Under the pieces are notes generated by a model, which was given only the letters and a program-made list of their open reading frames with translations, did not search any database and was not told the DNA's origin. Position numbers and translations under genes: made by a program. Positions 34,779-37,614 of a stretch of 37,614 bases of DNA are shown here, piece by piece. Source of the DNA: Octopus bimaculoides (Eukaryota); assembly GCF_001194135.2 (NCBI RefSeq), contig NC_068984.1, positions 39,953,246 through 39,990,859 on the forward strand, in the 5' to 3' direction. The first letter of the stretch is position 1. Every line of letters starts with the position of its first letter.

Positions 34779-35653
34779 TATAATCCAAGTTAAGATTAAT
34801 CTTATAAGCCTTTATTTCATATGTATTTACATTATCTTCTCCAAGAATGGTGCTTATAAATAATAAGAAATGTACCACCTGAAAAATAAAACTCACTACA
34901 ACATTCAAGATTTTATGTTCACTCAGAAGATCAAGCTGAAGCTAAAACTGAAATACCCACTGACTGCCATTTTTGTAAGAGTTTGGCTGTGAACATATAA
35001 GAAATTTCCAGGAAGAAAGTTTGAACAAAGTCTTTGCTATAAAATATGGAGAGGATTCAGTGAGTGCATTTACATAAGTGAGGATGGTATAGTGAGGGCA
35101 TCTTTAAACTTATATGAATGTATGTGTACATGTACATGCATAAACACACTAAAACCCCTCAGACTTGCAAGAATAGTTCAAACAAAAGATATATTTGTGC
35201 TCTTAAGAAAGGATTATAAGCTAATCACAGGTAAAGTGGTTTTTGTTATTGAAAATGTCTAGTCTTTATACTATAGATTTAGTTATAAAATGGATATGAG
35301 TTAACTTGAAAAATTAACACAAATTTCTTCACTTAGTTACTTACAGGGAATGTGCTGTACAAATGTGCACTCCTACCACTCCTAAGAAAAAACATTGTAA
35401 TTGGATAGTATGCGAAAGAATTCTTTTCCAAAGAGGATATGTTGAGTTTATGAGAGCAATATTGTGAGTCAATGGTGGTGCTTTGAACTATCTAGAGCAC
35501 TGTTTACAGAATTCTGGTTCAGAACTTGCAGGTTTTGAGGATTTTAGTAAAGTATAATACTTTCTGAGCATTAAGAAAGAATTAGAAAGAAACTAAAGAA
35601 AATAAAAAAAACAACAACAAAAATCCAGGTTTGAATAAACAAGTTTCACTTAC

Positions 35654-35805
35654 TCTTGTAATAGTGTCTGAGCTTCAATAACAATATCTTGTGCCTGTTG
35701 AGAAAAATCTTTAACATCAAATTCTTCTAAATATTTCTTGATTTTCCGTAAATCTAAAAACGATTTTCCTTTTTTCTCAAGTCCACTAAACCTTTGCTTT
35801 GCACC
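35654..35805 (-). CDS. MRPL45: MRPL45 internal exon (152 nt), the most 5' exon in the window
   Basis: GAKQRFSGLEKKGKSFLDLRKIKKYLEEFDVKDFSQQAQDIVIEAQTLLQ versus recalled human [37 protein letters not shown] acceptor and GTAAGT donor; phase 0/2. Confidence 0.92.
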
Positions 35806-35863
35806 CTGAAATGAAAAATTCTACATGTAGTAATGGTTTAAATCAAAAACAAATTGAACACTA

Positions 35864-35935
35864 TTAACCCTTTCGTTTACCATATTTCTGTTAAAACAAA
35901 CTGCCTTTGTTTTAATTAATTTAGAAAATGAAAAA
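35864..35935 (+). mobile_element. Truncated end of a second piggyBac-type MITE family
   Basis: TTAA|CCCTTTCGTTTACC terminus; partner TIR not found. Confidence 0.4.
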
Positions 35936-36140
35936 TGGCAGACATTGAAACAATGATGATTAAAGCAAAAGTCATTTCTCTAGAATCAAGAAGATTTGTT
36001 AATAACAATCAGAGATCACTAATCGATACAATCTTATTATTTTAATCTTTCTTCGGATCTTAGACTGAAACTGATAAATTCGAACAATTGGGTAAAAATT
36101 ATATTTTCAGTTGAGAATAAATACAGCTGTACCTGGTAAC

Positions 36141-36513
36141 CGTGGAGGCGCAATGGCCCAGTGGTTAGGGCAGCGGACTCATGGTCATAGGATCGCGGTT
36201 TTGATTCCCAGACCGGGTGTTGTGAGTGTTTATTGAGCGAAAACACCTAAAGCTCCACGAGGCTCCGGCAGGGGATGGTGGCGAACCCTGCTGTACTCTT
36301 TCACCACAACTTTCTCTCACTCTTACTTCCTATTTCTGTTGTGCCAGTTATTCAAAGGGTCAGCCTTGTCACACTGAATCTCTCCGAGAACTATGTTAAG
36401 GGTACACGTGTCTGTGGAGTGCTCAGCCACTTGCATGTTAATTTCACGAGCAGGCTGTTCCGTTGATCGGATCAACTGGAACCCTCGACGTTGTAAGCGA
36501 TGGAGTGTCAACA
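36141..36513 (+). mobile_element. Well-preserved tRNA-headed SINE
   Basis: GGAGGCGCAATGGCCCAGTGGTTAGGGCAGCGGACTC...GGTTTTGATTCCC (A and B boxes); body shared with 1760-2094; (CAA)n-like end. Confidence 0.85.
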
Positions 36514-36698
36514 ACTTGGTAATCAGAATTTTTGAAACAATTACATTTGACCTAATTTTTACACTGATGAGTGGAAAGTTATCACCATCAGAAATTTGCA
36601 TGTCTTTCTACACAAAAATGTATATAAAATCAGAAACATCATTCGTAATTCTAGTCTTGTTATGTTATAGGAGTGGAGTTTATATACATGATTCTATA

Positions 36699-37139
36699 GG
36701 CGCAGGCACAACTGTATGGTTAAGAAGTTTGCTTTCCAACCACATCATTCCAGTTACAGTTCCACTGCATGATACCTTCATAGTTCCAGACCAACCAAAG
36801 CCTTGTGTGTAGATTTGGTAAAGGGAAACTGAAGAAGCCTGTCGTATTTATTTATGTCTGTGAGAATGTATGTATGAATGTGTGTGTGTGTGACTTGGTG
36901 TTGCCTTGTCTTGACATTACATGATACATGTAAACAAGTGTCCCCATCATATAGCAGTGTCCTTCATTTCCAATCTTCTGTAAAATAACATGTCCGGCCA
37001 TTGAGAAAAATTACCTTACTGGGAAAAAGGTGAGGGTTGGCAATAGGAAGGCCATCTAGCCATAGAAAATCTGCTTCAATAAATTCTATCCAATGCATGA
37101 CAGCATGGAAAAGTGGACATTAAAATAACAATGATGATG
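36699..37139 (+). mobile_element. SINE family B full-length copy
   Basis: Collinear with 5457-5883 and 7681-8120. Confidence 0.8.
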
Positions 37140-37194
37140 TTTCTATTTAGTAATTTCTTAATGAAATTACTAAATAGGAGATATATATTATGTA

Positions 37195-37614
37195 TCATCA
37201 TCATCATTGCTAGCATGGGTTGGATGATTTGACTGAGGACTGGTGAACCAGATGGCTACACCAGGCTCCAATCTGATTTGGCAGAGTTTCTACAGCTGGA
37301 TGCCCTTCCTAACGCCAACCACTCCGAGAATGTAGTGGGTGCTTTTACGTGTCACAAGCCAGTCAGGCGGTACTGGCAACGGCCACGCTCAAAATGGTGT
37401 ATTTTACGTGCCACCTGCACAGGAGCCAGTCCAGTGGCACTGGCAATGACCTTGCTTGAATGTCTTTTCACATGGCACCGGCACAAGTGCCAGGAAGGCA
37501 ACGCTGGTAATGATCACGCTCAAATGGTGCTATTTACGTGCCACTGGCATGGAAGCCAGACAGCTGCTCTGGCAACGATCAGGCTCGGACGGTGTCTTAG
37601 TGCTCCACTGGTAC
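37195..37614 (-). mobile_element. RTE LINE 3' end with multi-unit 3' UTR minisatellite, cut by the window end
   Basis: (CAT)n tail then the RTE tail; at least four diverged units of about 60-66 bp from 37345. Confidence 0.85.

Noticed and set aside
36565-36595. Second CTGATGA motif as a possible hammerhead
   Set aside because: It forms a simple CTGATG/CATCAG hairpin, and GAAA does not follow a stem II.
36393-36812. 139-aa ORF, and minus-strand MQISDGDNFP as a possible upstream MRPL45 exon
   Set aside because: It largely overlaps SINEs and has no similarity to the expected AYVPPEGD region; upstream exons are probably outside the window.

Overview
AT-rich, microsatellite-rich animal genomic DNA with three N-gaps. 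It is most likely an octopus: this is inferred from my recognition of the SINE/LINE families, not from a database search. There are two convergent spliced genes. (1) The 3' part of MRPL45 (mitochondrial ribosomal protein L45, Tim44-like domain) lies on the minus strand: exons 35654-35805, 32737-32791, 21167-21316 and 17180-17449, 627 nt in frame, 5' end outside the window. (2) The last three coding exons of an unidentified plus-strand gene lie at 731-793, 1311-1348 and 2806-2900. The rest is mainly transposon-derived: several tRNA-headed SINE families; RTE, CR1-like and R4/Dong-like LINE pieces; mariner, DD41D (rosa), hAT and piggyBac-type DNA elements; Helitron/Helentron elements; and a Penelope-type hammerhead ribozyme motif. 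The most striking structure is a nested stack at about 10.7-14.5 kb. Eight same-orientation SINEs are chained through (AAT)n tracts and have been invaded by a Dong-like LINE, which is itself split by a perfectly bounded Helitron. Other leads are a frame-compatible cryptic exon inside MRPL45 and the decayed hammerhead motif. I found no CRISPR array or rRNA gene, and no convincingly new multi-gene system. TE boundaries are approximate unless a terminus or TSD is quoted.
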